A stretch of 46,687 nt of DNA from an uncultured Planctomycetaceae bacterium (lineage in GTDB: Bacteria > Planctomycetota > Planctomycetia > Planctomycetales > Planctomycetaceae). This document shows, piece by piece, positions 1 through 9,289 of this stretch. Position 1 is the stretch's first letter; every line of letters begins with the position of its first letter. The notes beneath the pieces are model-generated. The model was not told the DNA's origin, did not search any database, and saw nothing but the letters and a program-made list of their open reading frames with translations. The position numbers were made by a program, and so were the translations under genes. The stretch is taken from positions 1-46,687 of the forward strand of contig CAWFGE010000003.1 of the NCBI GenBank assembly GCA_963815195.1, read 5' to 3'.

Positions 1-6
1 ACATAG

Positions 7-2133
7 GTGCTCAACGCCTGGCGGCGTCATTGGAATCGGCACATGCGGTACGACGCGCCTTGCCGCCGAGCGTGCTCAACGCCTGGCGGCGTCATTGGAA
101 TCGGCACGCGACCGCCAGCCCCGACGATTCCGACCTCAGGTGCTCAACGCCTGGCGGCGTCATTGGAATCGGCACCCCACGTCGGCATCGCCGGCATTAT
201 CGCAGGTGCTCAACGCCTGGCGGCGTCATTGGAATCGGCACGTTCGGCGATCGCAATCGGCAAGTCGTGCCCAGTGCTCAACGCCTGGCGGCGTCATTGG
301 AATCGGCACGATGCAGCGATTCCGGTTTGCTCCGGCACCGATGTGCTCAACGCCTGGCGGCGTCATTGGAATCGGCACCGCTGTCGACGTGCCGGTCATG
401 CCAGCGACTCAGCCTGTGCTCAACGCCTGGCGGCGTCATTGGAATCGGCACCCGATCTCGCGATGCGTCAACGCGGCTCGGAATAGTGCTCAACGCCTGG
501 CGGCGTCATTGGAATCGGCACGTCGATTCGCTCGTCGACTTCCGGCGTCGGTGCATTGGTGCTCAACGCCTGGCGGCGTCATTGGAATCGGCACACTGCA
601 GCACGATCGCCGAGCCGGGACGACTAGGTGCTCAACGCCTGGCGGCGTCATTGGAATCGGCACCATCGAGCTGACGGCTTCGAGTCGCGCCGCGACCGAG
701 TGCTCAACGCCTGGCGGCGTCATTGGAATCGGCACCGAGGCGATGACGTGCGGCCTTCCGGCGCAGAGTCGAGGTGCTCAACGCCTGGCGGCGTCATTGG
801 AATCGGCACCGGCGATGGTTGCGACGGTTCAGCTCGTCGGGTGCTCAACGCCTGGCGGCGTCATTGGAATCGGCACCTGACTCGTGCCGTCGGCTGTCGA
901 GTCTCCGTGTGCTCAACGCCTGGCGGCGTCATTGGAATCGGCACCTGGCCGTGACCTCGGCGATCTGGCTCACGTAGTGCTCAACGCCTGGCGGCGTCAT
1001 TGGAATCGGCACATCAAGATCGGGCCGTAACATCGCAATCTCGGTGCTCAACGCCTGGCGGCGTCATTGGAATCGGCACCGCGTGGTCCGGTGCTGCTCG
1101 GTTCACCGTGAAGTGCTCAACGCCTGGCGGCGTCATTGGAATCGGCACCGCTCCGGATTTCACGGCTGCACCGCTGCAGTGTGCTCAACGCCTGGCGGCG
1201 TCATTGGAATCGGCACCCTGATGCCGCATCCGGTGTCCGCGCCACCTGAGGTGCTCAACGCCTGGCGGCGTCATTGGAATCGGCACGACGTGACTCCCGT
1301 GCATCGGCGTGCGATGCTGGATCGTGCTCAACGCCTGGCGGCGTCATTGGAATCGGCACCCGCACGTCGACAGTGGCCGTCAAGCCGTCAGGAGGTGCTC
1401 AACGCCTGGCGGCGTCATTGGAATCGGCACGACGTCGGTCGCCGCGCATTTCGCTGACTCCACTGTGCTCAACGCCTGGCGGCGTCATTGGAATCGGCAC
1501 GCTCGAACCGTCGACGCCGATCGCGCGATCGCTGTGCTCAACGCCTGGCGGCGTCATTGGAATCGGCACGACGGTCGCACGGCATCGCGAGTGTCACGGC
1601 ATAGTGCTCAACGCCTGGCGGCGTCATTGGAATCGGCACGTTCGGCACGTGCCGGATCTCGATCGCGTAGCAGTGCTCAACGCCTGGCGGCGTCATTGGA
1701 ATCGGCACCTCGTGCTGAAAGTCCGACGGGCTGTTCGTCTGCGGTGCTCAACGCCTGGCGGCGTCATTGGAATCGGCACACTGCAGCACAATCGTGACAG
1801 TCCTCGCGAACTAGTGCTCAACGCCTGGCGGCGTCATTGGAATCGGCACCGATCAGCGATCGGCTGCAGCGGCGTGCCGACTGCAGGTGCTCAACGCCTG
1901 GCGGCGTCATTGGAATCGGCACGGCGATCCGCACGATCGGCTCGATCGCGGATCAAGTGCTCAACGCCTGGCGGCGTCATTGGAATCGGCACGCTCGTAG
2001 GTCACGACTGCGAGTCGGATGTCGATGTGCTCAACGCCTGGCGGCGTCATTGGAATCGGCACCACGTCGATGGACCGCCAGCGTCTGCGACTACATGGTG
2101 CTCAACGCCTGGCGGCGTCATTGGAATCGGCAC
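7..2133 (-). CRISPR. CRISPR array, 31 identical 36-bp repeats and 30 spacers (29-38 bp); probably continues beyond the window start
   Basis: Repeat GTGCTCAACGCCTGGCGGCGTCATTGGAATCGGCAC counted 31 times (first at 7, last at 2098). On the minus strand it reads GTGCCGATTCCAATGACGCCGCCAGGCGTTGAGCAC, with an ACGCC-GCCA-GGCGT hairpin and the TTGAGCAC 3' end typical of I-MYXAN repeats. Orientation inferred from the leader and cas genes on the right. Confidence 0.98.
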
Positions 2134-2426
2134 CGCATGCCTTCCAACCCTTGTAACCAACACTGGTTACGATTGCAACAATCACGCACCACAACAAACC
2201 ATTCAATTTGTCGGTATCGTTTCAAGTCAAATTGCCAAAGAACCATTTTATAAATCCTGGTCATATCGCGGTTTGAGTCGCATGGCAAGAGCATCATGCA
2301 ATACTAAGATGAAGGTTTAGCGCCAACTTCGCATGGCTTTTGCACTTAAAGAAAGTCGCGGCCGAACTTCTACTGACCACCGGAAAATGCATGATTGACG
2401 CATCCCTCGGCAGTCCACTGCGTTAA
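2134..2426 (-). promoter_or_regulatory. CRISPR leader
   Basis: AT-richer non-coding segment between the last repeat and the cas2 stop; contains inverted repeat GTAACCA-acac-TGGTTAC (2153-2170). Confidence 0.75.
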
Positions 2427-2717
2427 TTAAACGATGCGAAAGGATGGCGGATCGTCAGCCCAGTCGCAGTGGTCGGGCGTGGAGTGAATTGGCACGTTCA
2501 ATGCGCATTGGGCACAAAGCGGCATTACCAGCAGATTGTCTTCGTCCGCGATAATTTCAGCAAGCTCCCAGCGCAACTTTTCCAACGTGGAACGGTCCAA
2601 GCGGCAACGAAAGATGCTGTACTGCACTCGGGTGCCATAGGCTTCCAGCTTTTTGGCCACGCGACGCAGCCGCTTGGGATCGCGTATGTCGTAGGCAATG
2701 AGGTGCCACATCTTCAT
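2427..2717 (-). CDS. cas2: CRISPR-associated endonuclease Cas2
   Basis: MKMWHLIAYDIRDPKRLRRVAKKLEAYGTRVQYSIFRC matches the Cas2 signature; start placed at ATG 2717 after a GAGGA RBS. Confidence 0.95.
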   Translation of the reverse strand: MKMWHLIAYDIRDPKRLRRVAKKLEAYGTRVQYSIFRCRLDRSTLEKLRWELAEIIADEDNLLVMPLCAQCALNVPIHSTPDHCDWADDPPSFRIV

Positions 2718-2764
2718 TTGGCCGTCCTCGTATGTCAGCTTTGAAGTCCGGCGAATGACGACTG

Positions 2765-4481
2765 TCACCGAATCCGCATGCGGGCGAACAGACCTGGTGC
2801 GCCGCTCCATTCCTTTTCGAGCAGACGGGCTTCCAATTCGACGAGCCGGGCATAGCTCATCGCCTTGCCCGTATGGGGATGCTTGGCGGGTTCCTCAAGT
2901 CGCGATTCAAAAATGCCGATGGCCTTTTTCCGTCCCGGTCCAGACAACCACACATGAGCACCGGCCCGCGTGAAATCTTCGTCGGGGTTCCATTGCATCC
3001 GATTGAGACTCCCGATCAACGGCATATCGACGAGCAGCACGCGGAAGATCTCCATCAAATCCAGCACCAACGGCGGCGCGGCCGAGCGAGGCTGATGAAA
3101 ATACCCCAGCGCCGGTTCCAGCCCCACGGCAAGCAGCGTGCGATGCACCAGTCCGAAAAGCATCTGATAGCAATAGCTGAGCACTGCATTGAAGGCATCC
3201 TTGGGCGGATGTTTGCTTCGGCCCGTGGGATGCAGTTCATCGGGAACGCGATCGAGCGAGCATCGCCGGAACGGCGGCAAAGTACGCCTTGGCCGCCATC
3301 CCTTCCAGCCCACGGAGCGTATCCAACGAGGCGGCCGCGTTCAGTTTTCGCAAACACTCGCGAATGCGTTCCAACTCCGCAGTCGACCTTGTTGCGGGCG
3401 GCGTCGTTTCCGCGAGTCGCCCGCATCAGGTATTTCAATTGGCTTTCGACTTTGGCGTGCACGGTGCGGCGGGCCAGTTCGAGGCAAAGCGCTTCGTCGG
3501 TGAGGGCCTTATATTGGCGGATTCGCTGCTGGACTCGGCCGGGAGACGCCGATGTCCCCGCCACAAATCGACCGCCGAACGACATCCATTGGACCTGCAC
3601 GCCGTGGTAGGAGCAAAGCTGTAAAGCCTGCGTGGTGATTTGTCCGGAGCCGTGAATCACAACCGCATCGATTTGAGCGATCGGCACGGTTTGGCGTTCG
3701 TCTTCAACCTTGACCACGAGCGTTTCGCTGCTTTTGGTGATGTAGGCTTTGCGGTCGGTGACATAAAGAGTTTGCTTCTGGCGATCGGCGGGAAGCGGGA
3801 CGACCAAGGGTTTTTTAGCCGGTGACGGGGCGTCGGCATTCTGGTTTTGGCAGGCGTTCTTCTTCCGGCAGACAAACGGGGGCCAACGAGCACGATTTGC
3901 AAAGACGTTCATTCTCGGTGACCGGCGGCCGCTGGGTGGTCTCGCGCAGTTCCCGTGCGCGGAGAATCGCCTTTCGGAGGTCTTCGCGAGCCTCGTCGTC
4001 GATCTCGACAAACGCCGTGGCGTTGTCGGCGTGGTAGCGAATGCGGGCCTGCGGGACGGGTTCGCCGAATTCCTCCTCAGCGAGGACGGCATACGCGATG
4101 GCTTGAATGCGGTCGCTGGGCCAAGGGAGCGGTTGTTTGTCATCGCCCCGCCGACAGCGGCCCTTCTTATGTTCGTAAGCGACCCAAGCCCCGTCGCGTT
4201 TACGGATCGCATCGATCTTGCCCTTCAGCCCCCACGTCTCGCTGGCGACTTCCAGCGACCTGCAACTCCGGCGTCTCATCATCCAACGGCACCCGCTCAA
4301 CATGCAGCCGCCGTCCGGCATACACATTCGCATCGGCAACCCGAATTTCCTCGACTTCTTCCAAATAAAACAACCGCTCGCAGTAAAGAAGCGCGTGCAA
4401 CGCCATCACCCGCAAAGGCGGCGAATCGTCCTGGGCTGGTGAAAGCATCGCGGCGGGATTATCGGCGGATCGTGATGGCAT
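2765..4481 (-). CDS. cas1: Cas4-Cas1 fusion (I-MYXAN type), split by several frameshifts
   Basis: Cas4 motifs (VMALHALLYCERLFY, GKIDA, EHKKG, LCKSCSLAPVC) followed by Cas1 motifs (IHGSGQITTQALQ, FNAVLSYCY, GYFHQPRSAAPPLVLDLMEIFR) over ORFs 4200..4655, 3815..4339, 3055..4212 and 2765..3313; TGGAG RBS before ATG 4481. Confidence 0.92.
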
Positions 4482-4548
4482 GATCGAACTCCACAAAGGG
4501 TGCAAGAAGCCCTCCGTGGCCGCGGGAATTGATTTTGTATTGCGATGC

Positions 4549-5187
4549 TCACTCCGGTGGCGTGATTGAAATCCACGATAACGGCAAGCCCTCCGAAACC
4601 AAATGCTCGTCGATTCGGAATCGGTCTCGACGACGCTGATTCGCGGCGTGATCAATCCAAACCGGCAAAGTATAAAACCCAGACTGGTCGGGCATTATGA
4701 AAGTTAGTTTTTCATCGTCGTCGGGCCATTGTGACTTGACGGTATCTACGAGATAACTGCTCTCACCAAGCGAAAGACCGCCCGATCGCTTGACGGTTTC
4801 TGGATTGGAAAGCGCCAGTTGAACAGCCTCCGGCAATGAAGGCAGCGATTTGTCTTTGGCCGCGGCTAGCCATATCCAGAGGCGTAGCCCAAGCAACAAG
4901 TCCTGGTAATCCGGACGAATGTCTTCAAGTTCCTTGCCGCGCCGAAGTTTGCGAAAGACCCGTCCGCGCTCAGGTTCCCCTTGAATCCCCAAGGCAAGGG
5001 CGACACCTGCGTGCCGCATTTTCTCTTCGCGCCCGACACCGCACAATGAGAGCAGCATGCCATATACGGCCGATGGTGGGGGCACAGGGTGGGTGTCTTG
5101 GTATTCGCGCGATTCGTAGGGACGAAACGCACAAACGGGAACGTCCACGCGAAGACAGATATCGGGTTCAAGAGCATTCTCCGTCAT
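4549..5187 (-). CDS. cas5: Cas5 (DevS / I-MYXAN type)
   Basis: LRVDVPVCAFR...EYQDTHPVPPPSAVYGMLLSLCG and RSGGLSLGESSYLVD motifs; lies directly after cas7. Confidence 0.93.
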   Translation of the reverse strand: MTENALEPDICLRVDVPVCAFRPYESREYQDTHPVPPPSAVYGMLLSLCGVGREEKMRHAGVALALGIQGEPERGRVFRKLRRGKELEDIRPDYQDLLLGLRLWIWLAAAKDKSLPSLPEAVQLALSNPETVKRSGGLSLGESSYLVDTVKSQWPDDDEKLTFIMPDQSGFYTLPVWIDHAANQRRRDRFRIDEHLVSEGLPLSWISITPPE

Positions 5188-6056
5188 TTGAGACGCCCCT
5201 CAATTCGTTTTAGTGCTTCGGAAAATGCCGCTTTCACGCCCTCCAGAACGGTCGCACCTTTTTCGCGGGCTTCCGACTCGCCGAGGATTCCGTCGAACGC
5301 GGTGCCCACAATCACTTCGCTGGGCGGCACATCCGGCTCATCTCCCTGCATTCGTCGGACGAGTTTATGCATCGAAACTTCACCGCGATCGTTTTCATCG
5401 AAGCAAAACATGATCCGCGGCGCGGGATCGTCCGTGACACGAAGAATGATAGCTTCGGGGGCAAAGTCGTAGAGATAACGGGAATGGTTTCCTCCGACTC
5501 GTCGCAGATTTTGGATCGCGTGAAGAGTCTGAGTTGTCCGTTGGACGCGGTCCTTCCCCTCCAGCGATTCCGGCGTCATCGCAAAAGTGAACTGGTATCG
5601 CGTGTCATGCATTTCCGCAGCGTAGGGAATTGGGTTGTTGTGCGTCACGCCGGGATTCGAACCGGGAGACGAGAAATTTGAAGAAACAGAGCCGGTCCAC
5701 GGCGTCACGCTCACGGCACGTCCGATCTCCAGGATCCCCCGTCGGCTATTTGTTTCCTTCTTGGCGTGCATGAATCCGAGTACATCATTGTCAATGTACT
5801 TTTCCCAACCGTTTTTAAATTCCTTGTCGGCCCAAGTGCTTCCGTGATGGGTGACGGTGCGATTCAGCTCAGCTCCATTCATGTCCATCCAGACCTCGCG
5901 GATTGCGTAGCGAATCGATTCGCTGCTGACTGTCGTGAACAAGTCGCCGTCACGAATGACTTTTTGCAATGTCGTAGCGTTGCCCTCGTTTTCACCACGA
6001 TTGTTCGCGGCGACCGCGCGGGCAGTTAAAACAGTTCCAAATACGTGCAAACTCAT
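5184..6056 (-). CDS. cas7: Cas7 (DevR/Cst2 type)
   Basis: MSLHVFGTVLT..AANNRGENEGNATTLQK, TVSSESIRYAIRE, VGGNHSRYLYDFAPEAIILRVTDDPAPRI; AAGGAG RBS before ATG 6056. Confidence 0.95.
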   Translation of the reverse strand: MSLHVFGTVLTARAVAANNRGENEGNATTLQKVIRDGDLFTTVSSESIRYAIREVWMDMNGAELNRTVTHHGSTWADKEFKNGWEKYIDNDVLGFMHAKKETNSRRGILEIGRAVSVTPWTGSVSSNFSSPGSNPGVTHNNPIPYAAEMHDTRYQFTFAMTPESLEGKDRVQRTTQTLHAIQNLRRVGGNHSRYLYDFAPEAIILRVTDDPAPRIMFCFDENDRGEVSMHKLVRRMQGDEPDVPPSEVIVGTAFDGILGESEAREKGATVLEGVKAAFSEALKRIEGRLK

Positions 6057-6069
6057 GGAAAACGCTCCT

Positions 6070-6200
6070 TTAAGAATCGGAAACATCACGGTCCAGGGAT
6101 TCGTTGTCGGCTTCACGTTTGTCTTTGCTCTGATAACTTGCGAGTGCGAGCAGCGAGAATCTCGGCCTCGTTTCCAATCGGCATCGATAAGCCTCCACAC
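6070..6200 (-). pseudogene. cas8: Detached C-terminal fragment of cas8/cas11
   Basis: Reads VWRLIDADWKRGRD, then after a 1-nt indel LLALASYQSKDKRE...DS*. The W..(A/G)RDL.LLALASY tail is typical of I-MYXAN large subunits. Joins in frame with the upstream part when the IS and one TSD copy are removed. Confidence 0.85.
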
Positions 6201-7665
6201 CACCCCTTTCAACATGTTAGTTTTTTGCTATAAGTCGCTTCTACAGGGATTGTTGTATCAAACCTTATGGAGGCGGCAAGGATGTGGCCCGACGCTGTGC
6301 TTGATCGTTTTGTGGAAGAATGTCCAGCGGCAGTGATGGTTCGAGCGACGCTCGAGAATCTTGTGTCGCCGGATCGCCTGGATGAGATTTTCGCCGACGC
6401 TTCGCAGAGACAATACGAGAAAGAGTTGCTGTTTTCGCAAGTGGTGGCCCTGATGATGGGCGTGGCAACGCGGACGCACACGTCGGTCCATGCCGGATAC
6501 TTGGCCGCCAAGGATCGACTGGCGGTTTCGCCGGCCGCGCTTTATGGCAAGTTGAACCGTCTGGAACCCGGTCTTTCGGCGACGATGATCCGGGAAACGA
6601 GCCAGGACGCGGCTCAAGTCATCGATGCCATGCCGGGAGCATGCCGCGAACTTTTGCCGGGCTATCACGTGCAGTATTTGGACGGGAATCATTTGGCGGC
6701 GACTGAGCATCGGCTGGCGGAATTGCGCGTCACGCGGGAAGGCCCTTTGCCCGGCCAGACCTTGGCGCTTCTGGACGCGCAGCGGGATCTGATTTCGGAA
6801 CTGCTTCCGTGTGAAGACGGCCATGCCCAGGAACGTTCGCTTCTGCCGGAGCTTCTGGAATGGATCCGGGCCGAGACAGTGACAATCGCCGACCGGAACT
6901 TCTGCACGACCAAGTTTCTGTTTGGAATTGTCAAGCAGTCGGCCTACTTTGTCATTCGCCAACACGCTTCGACACTCACCTGGAAACTCGTCGGTCGCCG
7001 GAAACGCATCGGACGCATCGAAACGGGTGTTGTTTTCGAGCAGTCGGCCGAGCTGTCCCAGGGTGAAGAGACGTTGCGAGTCCGGCGGATCACCATCCAA
7101 TTGGATACGCCCACAGAGAATGGTGACACTGAGATTCACATCCTGACCAACTTGCCTGTCAAAGTCGCCAATGGCGAAAAGTGGCTTTTCTGTATCGCAA
7201 GCGCTGGACGATTGAAGAAGCCTTCCAAACTCTGACCGAGGTGTTCGCTGCGAAGTGGAGACGCTGGGCTACCCCAAGGCGGCGCTGTTCGCCTTCGCCA
7301 CGGCGGTTTTGGCTTATAACACCTATGCCGTGGTGAAAGCGGCGCTGCGATCGGTTCACGGTGAAGAAACGATCGATGAAGACTGTCGGACTACCACCTG
7401 ACGCAGGACGTGACTGCCACGACGGTGGGCATGAACATCGCCGTGGACGCGGAAATCTGGGAGGGCTATCAAATCATGCCACCTCGAAAACTCGCGATCG
7501 AGTTGGTGCGACTCGCGAAACGCATCGACCTGACGCGTTACCCCAAAAAGAAACGCGGGCCGAAAAAACCACAGCCTCGAAAAAAGAGCGGCAAACGGAA
7601 TCACCATATCTCCACTGCGCGAACCCTGGCCAAATCCAGGGGTAAGTGACATGTTGAAAGGGGTG
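6201..7665 (+). mobile_element. IS4-family insertion sequence (1465 bp) inserted in cas8
   Basis: Perfect 17-bp terminal IRs CACCCCTTTCAACATGT (6201-6217 and 7649-7665); 10-bp direct repeat GCCTCCACAC at 6191-6200 and 7666-7675. Confidence 0.95.
6282..7649 (+). CDS. IS4-family DDE transposase (frameshifted in the 3' third)
   Basis: YLDGNHL, TIADRNFCT, ILTNLP and, in another frame, LYRKRWTIEEAFQ (YREK-like motif); basic C-terminal tail; GGAGG RBS before ATG 6282. Confidence 0.9.
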
Positions 7666-7960
7666 GCCTCCACACCAACCCGGGATTCTTCCGAACGTGT
7701 TTGGATCGGAAGGTCTTCACAGGGCGAGCGAAAACTTCGGCCAACGTCTCGCGGAGCAGCGGCCCGGTTTTCGTGCGCGTGATGCCGCGGCGCAGTTCTT
7801 CATTGAGATCTTCGAGACGATCGCCCCATGATCGAGAGCCGCCCCGTTCCACGGCTTCTCTTTCTCGGTAATAAAGCGCCCCGAGAGTCTCCCAAAACGC
7901 TTCGACGAACTCGCGTTCGTTTGGGTTGTCCCACATCTCGTCTTCGCGAATAAGCTCCAT
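7666..7960 (-). CDS. cas11: Putative Cas11 small subunit from an internal in-frame start in cas8 (IS-interrupted)
   Basis: Minus strand reads CAAAGGAGAGCATTG-ATG-GAG-CTT: a strong RBS before the in-frame Met (MELIREDEMWDNP...). Reconstituted length about 138 aa. Confidence 0.7.
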
Positions 7961-9289
7961 CAATGCTCTCCTTTGGTAACCGAGATTGTTGAAGTGTAAT
8001 CTGAGGATTGATTTCCCCGGCTGTCGTTTTCGCTGACGATCCAAAGAGTTCATATCCCAAGGCAACGGTTCTGAGAGGTTCGCGTACCAAGGTAGTTTCA
8101 AAATCAGGTTATCCGCAATTCTCCCTCGCACCGTGGGGACCGACACAAATCCTGCCGCACGGAGTTGGTTGTCGTCTTTTTTCTTCTTCGTATTCGATTG
8201 GTTTTCCTCAACCTTTCGAGGCATCCAGCGATTTCCCAAGTGCTTTTCCAACAGCCGGTATCTGCGTAGTGTTTTCGCGTCCGCGGGGACATCGACGACG
8301 CCTTTTCGTATTGATTGGCTTTGGTAGTAACCAACCTTGCCCATCGCAACCACGCGGCATCCGGCGTCAAGTTCGGCCCGAACTCGCTTTGTTTGATACT
8401 CGGAGAGAAATCGGAATCCCGCATCGGCCAGGCTGGCCACGTCCACCCATTTTAGGTCGGCTGCCAAGGTGGCGCTTCTTCGGCCATTATCGAAATCTTC
8501 GAGGTCTCGGACGTCGGGGACAACGATGGCCCATGTTCCCAACTCGTTGTGCAACTGCTTAAAGACGCAAGTGATCGGGGCAAGCATGACAAGGATGGTG
8601 AGGTCAGCCTTGCCCTCCCAAGAACCCTCATTTGCAAAACGTCCTGAGATACCCGGATAGACCCAGTTCGAAAGGGAGACCAGCTTGTCCGTCAGCACGT
8701 CATTTCGATCCACGAGTTTCGCCGCGTCGTCAAATAATCGCAATGTGCCTGTCGGGATCTTCTTCTTATGCGACCGGCCCGTTTTTGGATTTATTGGGCG
8801 GTCATCGTCTTCAACTCGCTCTGCGGGACGTTGAAACGCGACCTTGTATTCCTCGTTTTCATCGGGACGAACAAGTTGGCTTTCCCAATCCATGCGGGGT
8901 TGCGTGTTCGGATGCTGCAGAAAAGTGCAGAAAATGCCGTTATGAGACGCCAATCGTCGATGATAAAAATCGAGATCGGCCGGCTCCCGATGAATAGCGG
9001 GCAGATACAACACGCCGTCGCGAACTTGCCAAGCCCACTCGAAGAGTTTTACGGCGCTGACTTGTCGTCCGCCGCGGAACGGATGGTCACGCTGTCCGGA
9101 GTAAGGTCACTCTCGTCCCATGTCAGCGGAGCAAGGTTATCTTTTATGCCCTGTTCGTCCGCTGCGAGGAGAGACATGTAAAGCAGCTGCCAGTCCCGCC
9201 CGTTCCAATAGACCCATACCCGGATCGCTGAGGCACCACGTGAGGCCGTTTTGGAGGCGATAATTTGGTTTGGTTACTTTCTTGGCCAT
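7666..9289 (-). pseudogene. cas8: I-MYXAN Cascade large subunit Cas8 (Cas8a1/Cmx1- or Cmx8-like), IS-truncated, with N-terminal frameshifts
   Basis: N-terminus MAKK..LTWCLSDPGMGLLERAGLAA; HNGIFCTFLQHP; VRGRIADNL; lies between cas3 and cas7; GAAGGAG RBS before ATG 9289. Confidence 0.88.

Noticed and set aside
43..2097. Self-targeting spacers within the window
   Set aside because: No match noticed by eye; an exhaustive search was not possible.
7..2320. Long ORFs across the CRISPR array
   Set aside because: Translations of a stop-free repeat; no coding signal.
2718..2810. Longer Cas2 N-terminus
   Set aside because: Overlaps the cas1 end; an RBS supports ATG 2717.
6057..6215. N-terminal extension of Cas7 in ORF 5184..6215
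   Set aside because: It is IS end plus the cas8 tail, fused by an indel; cas7 has its own AAGGAG RBS at 6056.
6201..7665. CRISPR-associated transposon (CAST)
   Set aside because: A simple IS4 with a TSD inside cas8; no TnsABC or TniQ, and cas3 is present.
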